64,000 nucleotides of DNA from Dehalococcoidia bacterium. GTDB lineage: Bacteria > Chloroflexota > Dehalococcoidia > Lucifugimonadales > UBA3495. The DNA lies in assembly GCA_965116565.1 (NCBI GenBank), contig OZ220699.1, forward strand, positions 3,658,858 to 3,722,857, given 5' to 3'. Below are positions 1 through 10,245 of this stretch, one piece after another (position 1 is the stretch's first letter; each line of letters starts with the position of its first letter). A program made the translations under genes and the position numbers. The notes under the pieces are model-generated. The model saw only the letters and a program-made list of their open reading frames with translations. It was not told where the DNA came from and did not search any database.

Positions 1-206
1 TCGCTGTTCGGCATGCATCAGGGCTGCTCCTCTGGATCAGTGGCGGTGGAAGACCAGCCCAATCGTAACATAAGCATCGCCGTCCAAACGCGCTCAAACA
101 TCGGGCAGGCTTTCGAGCCGGTCTTCTTCGCGACCTTGATGATCACCATGATCGGCTTTGCGTTCGGCATCGATTACTCCCCGTTCACAGCGTCGCGCTT
201 TACCGG

Positions 207-674
207 ATGTTCCACCACAACACCCGGTTGGTACCTGCGGGTATGCTCGCGGGCGTGCTGGTGGAAGGATTCTCCACCAACATCACGAAGTCGTTCTTCA
301 TCACCGGTCGCCCGCGCGACTCCGGCGTCCGCCGCCTCCGGCAGAATAACCGCCACATGGCGGAGATATTCATGCCCAGCGGTCTGGAAAGGTACGGGGA
401 GGGTTGGAAACTATCGGTCAGGATCAGACTCATCCACGCCGAGGTCAGACACCTGCTGCGCAACTCCGACGATCGGGACATCGAGGCGTCCGGAATTCCG
501 GCCAGCGCCGCGCATCTTGCCTTCGACATCTCCGCGTTTTCGGCCCAACTGCTGAAGCACATGAAAGCCCTGGGCGCCGTCTGCAGCGACGAGGAACGCG
601 AAAGCTTCATGCAGGTGTGGCGCTATTCCGGGCACCTCATGGGAATACTCGACGGCATCCTGTTTAAGGATTAG
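207..674 (+). pseudogene. MpaB/DUF2236-family oxygenase-like ORF, apparently fragmented
   Basis: The frame-3 translation (..SVRIRLIHAEVRHLL.., ..FMQVWRYSGHLMGI..) matches my memory of the MpaB/DUF2236 fold. Protein-like sequence upstream lies in frame 1 (13..~200). Reading continues past in-frame TAG 672-674 and TAA 714-716. The 5' end may lie outside the window. Confidence 0.4.
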
Positions 675-1256
675 CCCCACGCGCTCCGGACCTTTGAAAT
701 CGGCAAGATTTGCTAACCGCCGGCCGGTTTGGAATCCATCGCCATGGCCAACGCTCCGGTCAATTCTGCGGCGCTGCTATCGGCGTATTGCCCTGGTTCC
801 GCATGCAGTCGAAGTATGACCGCCTGACAGGAAGAGTTTGGCCCAAACACTCCACGCACAGCAACCTCGCCCATTTCACCGACCTGTTCACCGCCTCCCA
901 ATACGACGAGGACGGCATCAGTTTCCGGCTACCGGACCACACCTACGCGGAACAATCCCACCAATACTGAGAGCGCGCGGTTACAGCCAAGCCGGAGCCC
1001 GGGTTGGGCTGGGCACCCCAGCCAACGCTAACGCCGTCAACACCCCGGCTGACCGTAGCGACCGCAGCAACTGCTCCTGGTGGCTACCTTGATCCGGAAG
1101 TTCGACGCGACCTGCCGCAGCACTTCCCACCAGGGCAGGCCGGTGCCGCGCAGGTTGCTGATCGACGCCCGCGGATTCGGGCGAGCATCATGGCTGTGAT
1201 GATGCCGGTCTTCGGGCTGCGGGTCGTGCTCGGTCATGATTGCCCACGGGCCTGTT

Positions 1257-2066
1257 TCAGGCACGGTTCACCGAAGCGCCGGCCGGGGCGTCGCCAAACA
1301 CGCCGAACGGATTGAGCGACCGGGGCGCGTCGTACACGTCCATGCGCTCGGTGCGCTTCAGCCAGCCCACGACCAGGTAGGTGAGCGGCGTGGCGATTAC
1401 CTCGTACACCGACTTGGCGACCCAGGCGCACACTGCCGCGTTGAACACCGGCAGCCACGATCCATCCGGGCCGATCCACAGACCGGAGAACCCGAAGGCG
1501 ATGGTGAAAAACAGTATCGAGTCGATGCCCTGACCCACCACCGTGGACGATATGGTCCGAAGCCACAGCATCCGGCCCTGCGTGCGGTTCTTCAGCACGA
1601 CCATCACCACCGCGTTCGTGAACTCGCCGACGATGTACGCCACGAACGAACCCAGGAGTATCCAGCCCGTCGCCCCGAGAATGGCCTCGTAGGCGTGTTC
1701 GCTGGGCAGGTTCGCCACCACGTTGCCGGCATCGTCGGCGATCGTAACCGGGTCATGCGACCAGAACACCGCGCCGGGAATGAGATCGCCCGCCCAGAAC
1801 AGGAACACCATCAGCAGGTTGCATACGAAACCCAGCCATATCACCCCGCGCGCGACGCGGAAACCATAAACCTCGGTGAGAATGTCGCTGATGATGTAAC
1901 CGATGGGGAAGCAGATGATGGCTGCGGACACGACGAACAGGTTGCTGCCAATGAAGTTGAACGGCAGTTCAAACAGCGACACCGGTTTGACGGCGATGAT
2001 GTTGCTGATCAGAAGCACCGTCACCGCCAGAGCGGCGATGATCACCAGTTTTCCTGAGAATTGCAT
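1257..2066 (-). CDS. yhhQ: queuosine-precursor transporter (YhhQ/VUT, DUF165 family)
   Basis: 269-aa polytopic membrane ORF. Motifs such as IAVKPVSLFELPF and GYIISDILTEVYG are typical of the YhhQ family as I remember it. Confidence 0.75.
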   Translation of the reverse strand: MQFSGKLVIIAALAVTVLLISNIIAVKPVSLFELPFNFIGSNLFVVSAAIICFPIGYIISDILTEVYGFRVARGVIWLGFVCNLLMVFLFWAGDLIPGAVFWSHDPVTIADDAGNVVANLPSEHAYEAILGATGWILLGSFVAYIVGEFTNAVVMVVLKNRTQGRMLWLRTISSTVVGQGIDSILFFTIAFGFSGLWIGPDGSWLPVFNAAVCAWVAKSVYEVIATPLTYLVVGWLKRTERMDVYDAPRSLNPFGVFGDAPAGASVNRA

Positions 2067-2106
2067 ATCTGGTTACACCTCATCCAGTTGTGGCCAAACT
2101 TCGGAT

Positions 2107-3447
2107 TCAGAGTAGCGGTAGGTATCGCGAGATCTCGTAATCGGTCACGGCGGAACTGTAGTCCTGCCATTCCTTCTTCTTGTTGCGAATCAGCGTTTGG
2201 TGCACGAAATCGCCCAGTGTTTCGCGCAGCAGAGCGCTTCCCTCGGCCAGCGCGATGGCCTCTCCAAGGTTCGTGGGGAGCCGGGAAATGCCGCGCGCCT
2301 GACGCTCGTCCTGGTCCATCCGAGACACGTCGGACGTCACGGGCGACGGCAGCGGATACTCCTCCTCAATCCCCTTCAAGCCGGCCGCCAGCAGCACGCT
2401 GAACGCCAGGTACGGATTGCACGCCGGATCGGGGGCGCGATACTCCACCCGCAGCGACGTATCATAGCCGGTCTTGTACGACGGCACCCTGATCAGATCC
2501 AGCCGGTTCGACATCGTCCACGAAACGTGGACCGGCGCCTCGTAACCGGGCACCAGCCGTTTGTAGGAGTTCACCCACTGGTTGGTGACCAGCGTTATCT
2601 CCGGGGAGTGCCGCAGCAATCCGGCGATGAAACGCTTTCCAGTTACGGACAGGTGCAGGTCGTCGTCGGTGTCATAAAATGCGTTGGAGTTGCCACGGAA
2701 CAGCGACTGGTGGGTGTGCATGCCGCTGCCGTTCTCCAGACGGAAGGGTTTGGGCATGAACGACGCGTACACCCCCTGCTGCTGCGCCAGTTCCTTGATC
2801 ACCAGACGCGCCGTCATCACGTTGTCCGCCATGGTGAGAGCGTCGGTGTACTGCAGGTCGATCTCATGCTGGCTGCGTGCGCCTTCGTGGTGGGAATACT
2901 TCACGGGTATGCCCATTTCCGCCAGGTTCAAAACTGTGTCCCGACGCAGATCCGCCGTCGGTCCGGTGGATAGCTGGTCATAGTATCCGTACGTGTCCAG
3001 CGGCTCCGGCGATTCGGGGTCGCGCAGGTAGAAGTACTCCAGCTCCGGCCCCACGTAGTAGATGTAGCCCAGACTCGCCAACCGTTCCAGGTTGCGCTTG
3101 AGCACCTGGCGGGGGTCGCCGATGAACGGCTCGCCGCGCGGCGTCCGGATGTCGCAGAAGATGCGCGCCACGGCGTTTTGCCGGGGCCGCCAGGGCAGCA
3201 GCGAAAAGGTGGTCGGATCGGGAAAAGCCCGTAAATCGCTCTCCTCATCCGTGGTGAAGCCGTCGATGGCTGCTCCGTCGAATCCCACCCCCAGCTCCAG
3301 CGCGTCCTCCAGGTCGTCCACCGTGATGGCGAAACCCTTCAGGTTGCCCAGGATATCCGTGAACCAGAGGCGCACGAACTTGACGTCAAAGTCGCGGGCG
3401 CTCCGCAGCACGTACTCGCGTTCCGCCGCGTGGTGGTCGGTCAGCAT
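2107..3447 (-). CDS. glutamine synthetase, type I (alpha-like, 446 aa)
   Basis: N-terminal beta-grasp (VKFVRLWFTDILG) and catalytic motifs GSGMHTHQSL, NSYKRLVPGYEAP and RVEYRAPDP. It has no NLY adenylylation-loop motif. Confidence 0.9.
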   Translation of the reverse strand: MLTDHHAAEREYVLRSARDFDVKFVRLWFTDILGNLKGFAITVDDLEDALELGVGFDGAAIDGFTTDEESDLRAFPDPTTFSLLPWRPRQNAVARIFCDIRTPRGEPFIGDPRQVLKRNLERLASLGYIYYVGPELEYFYLRDPESPEPLDTYGYYDQLSTGPTADLRRDTVLNLAEMGIPVKYSHHEGARSQHEIDLQYTDALTMADNVMTARLVIKELAQQQGVYASFMPKPFRLENGSGMHTHQSLFRGNSNAFYDTDDDLHLSVTGKRFIAGLLRHSPEITLVTNQWVNSYKRLVPGYEAPVHVSWTMSNRLDLIRVPSYKTGYDTSLRVEYRAPDPACNPYLAFSVLLAAGLKGIEEEYPLPSPVTSDVSRMDQDERQARGISRLPTNLGEAIALAEGSALLRETLGDFVHQTLIRNKKKEWQDYSSAVTDYEISRYLPLL

Positions 3448-3506
3448 TGATAATCTCCTGCTACTAAAAATCGGTCGTCAACGGTTGATTTGCACCAATA
3501 AGAGGC

Positions 3507-3647
3507 TTACCTCAATGGTTCGGGCACTTCACCGTTGAGCGCCATCAGGAACTCGTCGTCTGTCACGCCGAACCGTTGTACCATGCGCGATACCATACCC
3601 TGAGGAATCGTCCCCCTGTGTCTGGGAATGTGGGCAGTCAGGTCCAT
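3507..3647 (-). CDS. candidate 46-aa small ORF between the two GS genes
   Basis: ATG..TAA ORF found by hand (MDLTAHIPRHRGTIPQGMVSRMVQRFGVTDDEFLMALNGEVPEPLR). It is below the ORF-track cut-off, has no clear Shine-Dalgarno and no recognised family. Confidence 0.15.
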   Translation of the reverse strand: MDLTAHIPRHRGTIPQGMVSRMVQRFGVTDDEFLMALNGEVPEPLR

Positions 3648-3714
3648 TCATACTGTGCCATCGCCGCTACCTCAGGGTTTGCCGCGCCAGCGGGTCGAGT
3701 GCCTGTGCTACGCA

Positions 3715-3740
3715 TAGGGGCGAATGTTGATTCGCCCCTA
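3715..3740. repeat. REP-like hairpin TAGGGGCGAATGTTGATTCGCCCCTA (variant of the GGGGCGAAT..ATTCGCCCC family)
   Basis: Near-perfect palindrome directly downstream of the glnA stop. Close copies lie at 56666-56687 and 58398-58419. Confidence 0.7.
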
Positions 3741-3785
3741 CCTGGTTTTCTATCGCTGCCGTGTTCGGCAATTGTACCACCGGGG

Positions 3786-5210
<1,425 letters not shown>

Positions 5211-5270
5211 TTCTGGTTCCTCCTCATTTACTCATCCGCGGCCGGCTCCGGTCGCGCCGTTTGTTTTCAA

Positions 5271-6491
5271 TTACTGGGGCATGCCCTCGCCGTGCTGGGC
5301 GAGATCGACTCCGACCTCCTCTTCGGTGTCGTTCACGCGCAGTCCAATGGTGAACTTCAGCGCCAGCAGGATGATGCTGGACACCACGAACGACCAGGCG
5401 AATGCTGCTCCGATTCCGATCAACTGGTACAGCACCTGTTCCATCCGGCTGACGTCCGCGTCCAGCGCGCCGAACCCGATGCCTACGAACAGGCCGGTTG
5501 CCAGCGCTCCCCAAATTCCGCCGACGCCGTGTATCCCGAAAACGTCCAGGGAGTCGTCGATGCGGAAGCGGTGGATCAGCTCGACGGCGAGGAAGCACGC
5601 CGCTCCCGCGCCAGCGCCGATGATGATGGCCGGCATCACGCCCACGAATCCTGCCGCCGGCGTGATCGCCACCAGGCCGGCCACGGCTCCGGCCGCCGCG
5701 CCGCTGGCCGACGGGCGATGCGTTACGAACCAGGACACGAAGGACCAGGAAGACATCGCCGTCGCCGCCGCGATGTTCGTAACCACGAAGGCGTTGGCCG
5801 CGTCATAGGTTGAAAGGTTAAAGCTGCTGCCGGCGTTGAATCCGAACCAGCCGAACCACAGCAGTCCCGCGCCCAGCAGCACCAGCGGCACGTTGTGCGG
5901 GACAAACGGAATTGAACCGAACCCCGCGCGGCGGCCCACGATGAGCGCCGCCGCCAGCGCCGCCGTTCCGGATGCGATGTGCACCACCGTCCCGCCGGCG
6001 AAGTCCAGCGCGAACCCCGCCTCGCTCATGCCCAGCACGCTGCCCAAGTTGCCCAACCAGCCGCCGCCCCACACCCAGTGGCACAGCGGAGCGTAGACGA
6101 TGGACACCCACAGGGCGGCAAAGACCAGGTAGGACGAGAACTTGAACCGCTCGGCGAACCCGCCCGCGATCAGCGCAACGGTGATGATCGCGAACATGCC
6201 CTGGAACACCATGAAAGCCTGCTCATCGGGCAGCACGCCAATCATGCCAAACTTGGTCAGGTCGCCAACGAACCCCAGGGCTCCCACGCTGTTGCCGAAC
6301 GCCAGGCTGTAGCCCCACAGCACCCAAACGATGCTTACGACACCGATGGCCGCGACCGAGTGCATCATCGTGCCGATGACATTCTTGTGGCGTACCAGTC
6401 CTCCGTAGAACAGCGCCAACCCCGGGATCATGATGAACACCAGCGCCGACGAGATCAGGAAGGACAGTACTTCCAGATCGGTGAACTCCAT
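5271..6491 (-). CDS. amt: ammonium transporter (Amt family)
   Basis: Multi-TM ORF with MIPGLALFYGG, FAGGTVVHIASG and GIHGVGGIWG. I place the start at ATG 6491 (MEFTDLEV) because GAGGAG lies about 9 nt upstream. The track ORF extends to 6560. Confidence 0.9.
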   Translation of the reverse strand: MEFTDLEVLSFLISSALVFIMIPGLALFYGGLVRHKNVIGTMMHSVAAIGVVSIVWVLWGYSLAFGNSVGALGFVGDLTKFGMIGVLPDEQAFMVFQGMFAIITVALIAGGFAERFKFSSYLVFAALWVSIVYAPLCHWVWGGGWLGNLGSVLGMSEAGFALDFAGGTVVHIASGTAALAAALIVGRRAGFGSIPFVPHNVPLVLLGAGLLWFGWFGFNAGSSFNLSTYDAANAFVVTNIAAATAMSSWSFVSWFVTHRPSASGAAAGAVAGLVAITPAAGFVGVMPAIIIGAGAGAACFLAVELIHRFRIDDSLDVFGIHGVGGIWGALATGLFVGIGFGALDADVSRMEQVLYQLIGIGAAFAWSFVVSSIILLALKFTIGLRVNDTEEEVGVDLAQHGEGMPQ

Positions 6492-6641
6492 CTGTCTTGT
6501 CTCCTCACTCCCTTGTTTGCCCGTTTGCCTTTCCCGCCAGCTCCGCCGCAGCCCGCCCAAGGGCGTATAGCCGTGCTGTGGTCGGTGCGTTGAACGTGAA
6601 TTGAAAAGGCGCAGAGTGGCTTACGATCGTAGATTTTCAGT

Positions 6642-6679
6642 GTTACGTACGAATGACGGAAATGTTACAAACTTGTTAC
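6642..6679 (-). promoter_or_regulatory. four pentamers (GTTAC, ATGAC, GTTAC, GTTAC) at exact 11-bp phasing upstream of amt
   Basis: Pentamers start at 6642, 6653, 6664 and 6675. On the gene-sense strand they read GTAAC-n6-GTAAC-n6-GTCAT-n6-GTAAC. They lie 151-188 nt upstream of start 6491. Confidence 0.4.
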
Positions 6680-6816
6680 GCACCTACACGCTTCCGATTC
6701 TGCGGCGGTCGCAATCACAGCGATTCAGGCAAAAATCCCTTTGCAAAAACGGGAGCCGAGGGTGGCCACTACCCCCGACCCCCGCAGTGAGGAGAGGAAA
6801 ATCGTTGTTGAGTGGG

Positions 6817-8211
6817 TTAGCTGGTGGCTGCCGATTCGGGATAGGTCTGGATACCGTGTTCGGAGATGTCCAGGCCCGCGATCTCTTCCTCTTCGCTGAC
6901 GCGGACGCCCATGGTGAACTTCAGCAGGAAGAACAGGGCGAAGCCGGTAACCAGAGGCCAGACCACCACCGCGATGATGCTGAGGATCTGCGGCAGCAAC
7001 AGCGCCGCGTTTCCGCCTACCAGGCCCACGGTGCCCTCGGACCGCAGCCCGCCAGCCACGGCGGAGTCCGCGCCGCTGGCGAATATCGCGACGGCCAGCA
7101 GGCCCCACAGTCCGGTTACGCCGTGCACGCTGATCGCGCCCACCGGGTCGTCAACCTTCAGCACCTTCTCCACGAAGTTCACCGATCCCCACATGATGGG
7201 CGCGGCGATGGCGCCGATGACGACGGCGGCCCAGGGATCCACAAAGGCGACCGGCGCCGTGATTCCGACCAGTCCGGCCAGCGCGCCGTTACAGGTCAGC
7301 AGGATGTCTGCCTTGCCCTTGGTAATCAGCGAGATGTACAGCGCCACCACCGCGCCGGTCGCGCCGGCCAGCAGCGTGTTGACGGCGTTCAGGCCGATGT
7401 TGTCGCCGGTGTTGATGTTGAAGCCGAACCAGCCGAAGAACAGGATGAACGTGCCCACCACCACGAAGGGCGTGCTGTGGGCGGCCAATTCCTGCGGCAC
7501 ACCGTTGATGAACTTGCCGATGCGGGGTCCGACCACCCAGGCGCCGGCCAGGGCCACGAAACCGCCCACCGCGTGCACCACGCCGGAACCCGCGTAGTCC
7601 TGCGCGCCCATCGCGCCGAGGAATCCGTCGCCCCAGACCCAATGGCCGTAGATGGGGTAGATCAGCGCGGACACGATGAAGCTGTAGGCCAGGTAGGTCT
7701 GCAGCTTGGTGCGCTCTGCCATCGCGCCGGCCACGATGGTCGCGGCGGTGGCGGCGAACACCATCTGGAACATCCAGTCAACGTGGTTGCCTTCCACCAG
7801 GAAGAAGTTGCTGAGCCCGATGAACTGGCCGGCCGAGGTGCCGGTCATGAACGCGAAACCGAAGGCCCAGAAGCCCAGGGACGCGATGGCGAAGTCCATG
7901 AATGACTTGGTGAGGTAGTTGGTGGTGTTCTTGGAACGGATCAGGCCCGCGCCCAGAAACGCGAAACCGGCCTGCATGAAGAACACCAGCGCCGCCGCGA
8001 CGATCAGCACCACGTTGTCAACGTAGCCCGCCGATGCAACGTCATCGCCCTGCGCGAATGCGTTGTTGAAGGTCGCCAGCACACTGATCGCTACCAGGCC
8101 GACCGCCAACGCAAGGAGGGTGCGTCGCAACGAGAACGGGTACTCCTTGACCGCGGCAACGCCGTGGCTCAGGACGTTTTTACTTACTAATGATTTTGTG
8201 GCCGCAAGCAT
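6817..8211 (-). CDS. amt: ammonium transporter (Amt family) with N-terminal signal/anchor
   Basis: 464-aa multi-TM ORF with FFMQAGFAFLGAG, YAGSGVVHAVGG and SVHGVTGLWG. Confidence 0.9.
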   Translation of the reverse strand: MLAATKSLVSKNVLSHGVAAVKEYPFSLRRTLLALAVGLVAISVLATFNNAFAQGDDVASAGYVDNVVLIVAAALVFFMQAGFAFLGAGLIRSKNTTNYLTKSFMDFAIASLGFWAFGFAFMTGTSAGQFIGLSNFFLVEGNHVDWMFQMVFAATAATIVAGAMAERTKLQTYLAYSFIVSALIYPIYGHWVWGDGFLGAMGAQDYAGSGVVHAVGGFVALAGAWVVGPRIGKFINGVPQELAAHSTPFVVVGTFILFFGWFGFNINTGDNIGLNAVNTLLAGATGAVVALYISLITKGKADILLTCNGALAGLVGITAPVAFVDPWAAVVIGAIAAPIMWGSVNFVEKVLKVDDPVGAISVHGVTGLWGLLAVAIFASGADSAVAGGLRSEGTVGLVGGNAALLLPQILSIIAVVVWPLVTGFALFFLLKFTMGVRVSEEEEIAGLDISEHGIQTYPESAATS

Positions 8212-8317
8212 ACATTTGCCTCCATTTCACTATTGAGGCGTCGTCGCGCAGCGTTTGGCCTTGGCGCTGTGGGCGGCGTCCCGATTTTTGTGACCGACGT
8301 CATCGTAGGCGCGGCGT

Positions 8318-8377
8318 GTTAACCGCTGATTGCGGCGCAATTAACAATCTGTTGCCTATTGGTTAAATTTTTGTTTC
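8318..8377 (-). promoter_or_regulatory. 11-bp-phased GTTnn pentamer array upstream of second amt
   Basis: GTTAA 8318, ATTGC 8329, ATTAA 8340, GTTGC 8351, GTTAA 8362 and GTTTC 8373. The sense strand reads GAAAC/TTAAC/GCAAC. The array lies 107-166 nt upstream of start 8211. Confidence 0.35.
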
Positions 8378-8479
8378 ATTCAAAACGGGACGGTCCGGAG
8401 GTGTGAACGCCCAGGTGGTAGCCCTTACCCGTGCTATCCTGTCCATGATCAGCGGGCGCTCATCCCCGCCGGGATTCAT

Positions 8480-8893
8480 ATGATCGTGGACGACTTCCTT
8501 GACACCCTCAGAGACGCAATCGGTCAACTTGATCGAGGCGTAGTGGCGTATGCCACCGACCCTCACGCAGAATTCGTGCGTGATGCGCTGATCTCCCGTT
8601 TCACGTTCACTTTCGCCCAAACGGCAACAACGCTTGGACGCTACCTGGACATCGTCTATTGCCTGCCTGATGCTCGTACGCTATCGCCGCGACAGGCCAT
8701 CCGACATGCCGCCCGGCTCGGTTTGATCGACAACTGCGAGGCGTGGCTGCGTCACGTGGAGAATCGCAACCGAGTGGCCCATGCGTACCTGGAATCCCTG
8801 GCGATAATGGTCGCCAATGGGTCTGCCGCCTTCGCCGCCGATGCCAGGCCCCTCCTCAACGCCATGGAACGGGGAATCGCAGATGGCGGCTGA
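8480..8893 (+). CDS. HEPN-type nucleotidyltransferase substrate-binding protein (HI0074-like, HepT-like toxin)
   Basis: RDALISRFTFTF.. and the Rx4H motif RNRVAH match the HI0074 family as remembered. It overlaps the next gene by 11 nt. Confidence 0.7.
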   Translation: MIVDDFLDTLRDAIGQLDRGVVAYATDPHAEFVRDALISRFTFTFAQTATTLGRYLDIVYCLPDARTLSPRQAIRHAARLGLIDNCEAWLRHVENRNRVAHAYLESLAIMVANGSAAFAADARPLLNAMERGIADGG

Positions 8894-9200
8894 GGAGTCC
8901 CGCCACATCGACCTCTCGCCGGAGCACCGCTCCCAGGTGCTGGGCATCATCCGCCGTCGCCTGCCCGATGCCCGGATCTGGGTGTACGGCTCGCGCGCCA
9001 AGGGCCGCGCCCGTCGCTACAGCGACCTCGACCTCATGCTCGACCACTGCGGCGATCCCATTCCCGTCAGGATCATGGGCGACCTGGACGAAGACTTCGA
9101 CGAGTCCAACCTGCCCATCATCGTGGAACTGCACGATATTGCGCTCACCGACGCGCGATTCCTGGAGCGCGTGCGCAAGGATTTCCTGCTCCTCAACTGA
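8883..9200 (+). CDS. MNT-type nucleotidyltransferase (HI0073-like, MntA-like antitoxin)
   Basis: VYGSRAKGRARRYSDLDLML carries the GS..DxD NTase motif. Start chosen at ATG 8883 (MAAEESRH). Confidence 0.7.
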   Translation: MAAEESRHIDLSPEHRSQVLGIIRRRLPDARIWVYGSRAKGRARRYSDLDLMLDHCGDPIPVRIMGDLDEDFDESNLPIIVELHDIALTDARFLERVRKDFLLLN

Positions 9201-9282
9201 CCGCCCCGCCCGGCCGATCCATACCGTCGTGTATAATCGGCGTGCCTATCCTTTTTGAATAATCCCCCTCGCGAGGTGCATC

Positions 9283-10131
9283 ATGGCCGAATACGCGCAT
9301 CCCGAATCACTCGTTTCCACCCAATGGGTCGCCGACCACGGCTCAGGCGCCAACGTGCGTCTGGTCGAGGTCGACGTCGATACCTCCGCCTACGAACAGG
9401 GCCACATCGCCGGCGCAGTCACCTGGAACTGGCAGAGCCAACTGCAGCAGAACGTGGCCCGCGACATCGTGTCCCGCAGCGAGATGGAATCCCTGCTCAG
9501 CGGCAGCGGCATCTCGCCCGACACCACCATCATCCTGTACGGCGACAACAACAACTGGTTCGCCGCCTGGGCCTTCTGGCAGCTTCGCTACTACGGCCAC
9601 CAGGACGTGAAGCTCATGAACGGGGGCCGAGCGCTCTGGCTCGCCGAGAACCGGCCCGTCACCACTGACGTGCCGTCGTACTCCGCCTCCAGCTACAGCA
9701 TCACCACCGAGAACACCGACCTGCGCGCCCTGCGCGACTACGTGCTGCAGGCGGTGAACAGCAGCAGCCACGCCTTGGTGGACGTGCGCTCCCCCGACGA
9801 ATTCTCCGGCGCGCTCAACGCGCCGCCCAACCTGCCGCAGGAGGGCTCGCAGCGCAACGGCCACATCCCCGGCGCGGCCAACGTCCCCTGGGGCCAGGCG
9901 GTGAACGAGGACGGCACCTTCAAGTCCGCCGACGAGCTCAGCGCGCTGTATGGCGGCAGGGGAGTGGACGGCTCCCGGGAGACCATCGCCTACTGCCGCA
10001 TTGGCGAGCGTTCATCCCACACGTGGTTCGTGCTCAGTCAGCTTTTGGGCTACGACAACGTCCGCAACTACGACGGCTCGTGGACCGAGTGGGGCAGCAT
10101 AGTGGGCGCGCCCATCGAGCGCGACGTGTAA
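9283..10131 (+). CDS. thiosulfate/3-mercaptopyruvate sulfurtransferase (tandem rhodanese)
   Basis: 282 aa with the active-site loop CRIGERSSHTW and C-terminal YDGSWTEWG. Confidence 0.85.
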   Translation: MAEYAHPESLVSTQWVADHGSGANVRLVEVDVDTSAYEQGHIAGAVTWNWQSQLQQNVARDIVSRSEMESLLSGSGISPDTTIILYGDNNNWFAAWAFWQLRYYGHQDVKLMNGGRALWLAENRPVTTDVPSYSASSYSITTENTDLRALRDYVLQAVNSSSHALVDVRSPDEFSGALNAPPNLPQEGSQRNGHIPGAANVPWGQAVNEDGTFKSADELSALYGGRGVDGSRETIAYCRIGERSSHTWFVLSQLLGYDNVRNYDGSWTEWGSIVGAPIERDV

Positions 10132-10159
10132 CACCCGTTGCCGGATGACTATGTGAGTG

Positions 10160-10187
10160 GGGGCGGGTTTGAAACCCGCCCCTTTTT
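10160..10187 (+). terminator. rho-independent terminator built on REP hairpin GGGGCGGGTTTGAAACCCGCCCC
   Basis: 11-bp stem followed by TTTTT, 29 nt after the rhodanese stop. Confidence 0.6.
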
Positions 10188-10245
10188 GGTGCCCTAAGGG
10201 GACTGAGATTGCGTTGACCTTGCAGTCTGAACTGCTGAGGGTGCA

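Noticed and set aside
1037-1264. 75-aa minus-strand ORF (MPETGPWAIMTEHDPQPEDRHHHSHD..) downstream of yhhQ.
   Set aside because: It has no RBS, an odd His/Arg/Cys-rich composition, no recognisable family, and overlaps the yhhQ stop region.
2067-2106. preQ1 riboswitch upstream of yhhQ.
   Set aside because: Only 40 nt separate yhhQ from the upstream gene, and I cannot find the conserved preQ1-I loop or A-rich tail pattern.
3448-3785. Glutamine (glnA-motif) riboswitch or phased GlnR-type boxes upstream of the 446-aa GS gene.
   Set aside because: I found no matching conserved core by eye and no 11-bp-phased nnAAC array like those upstream of the amt genes.
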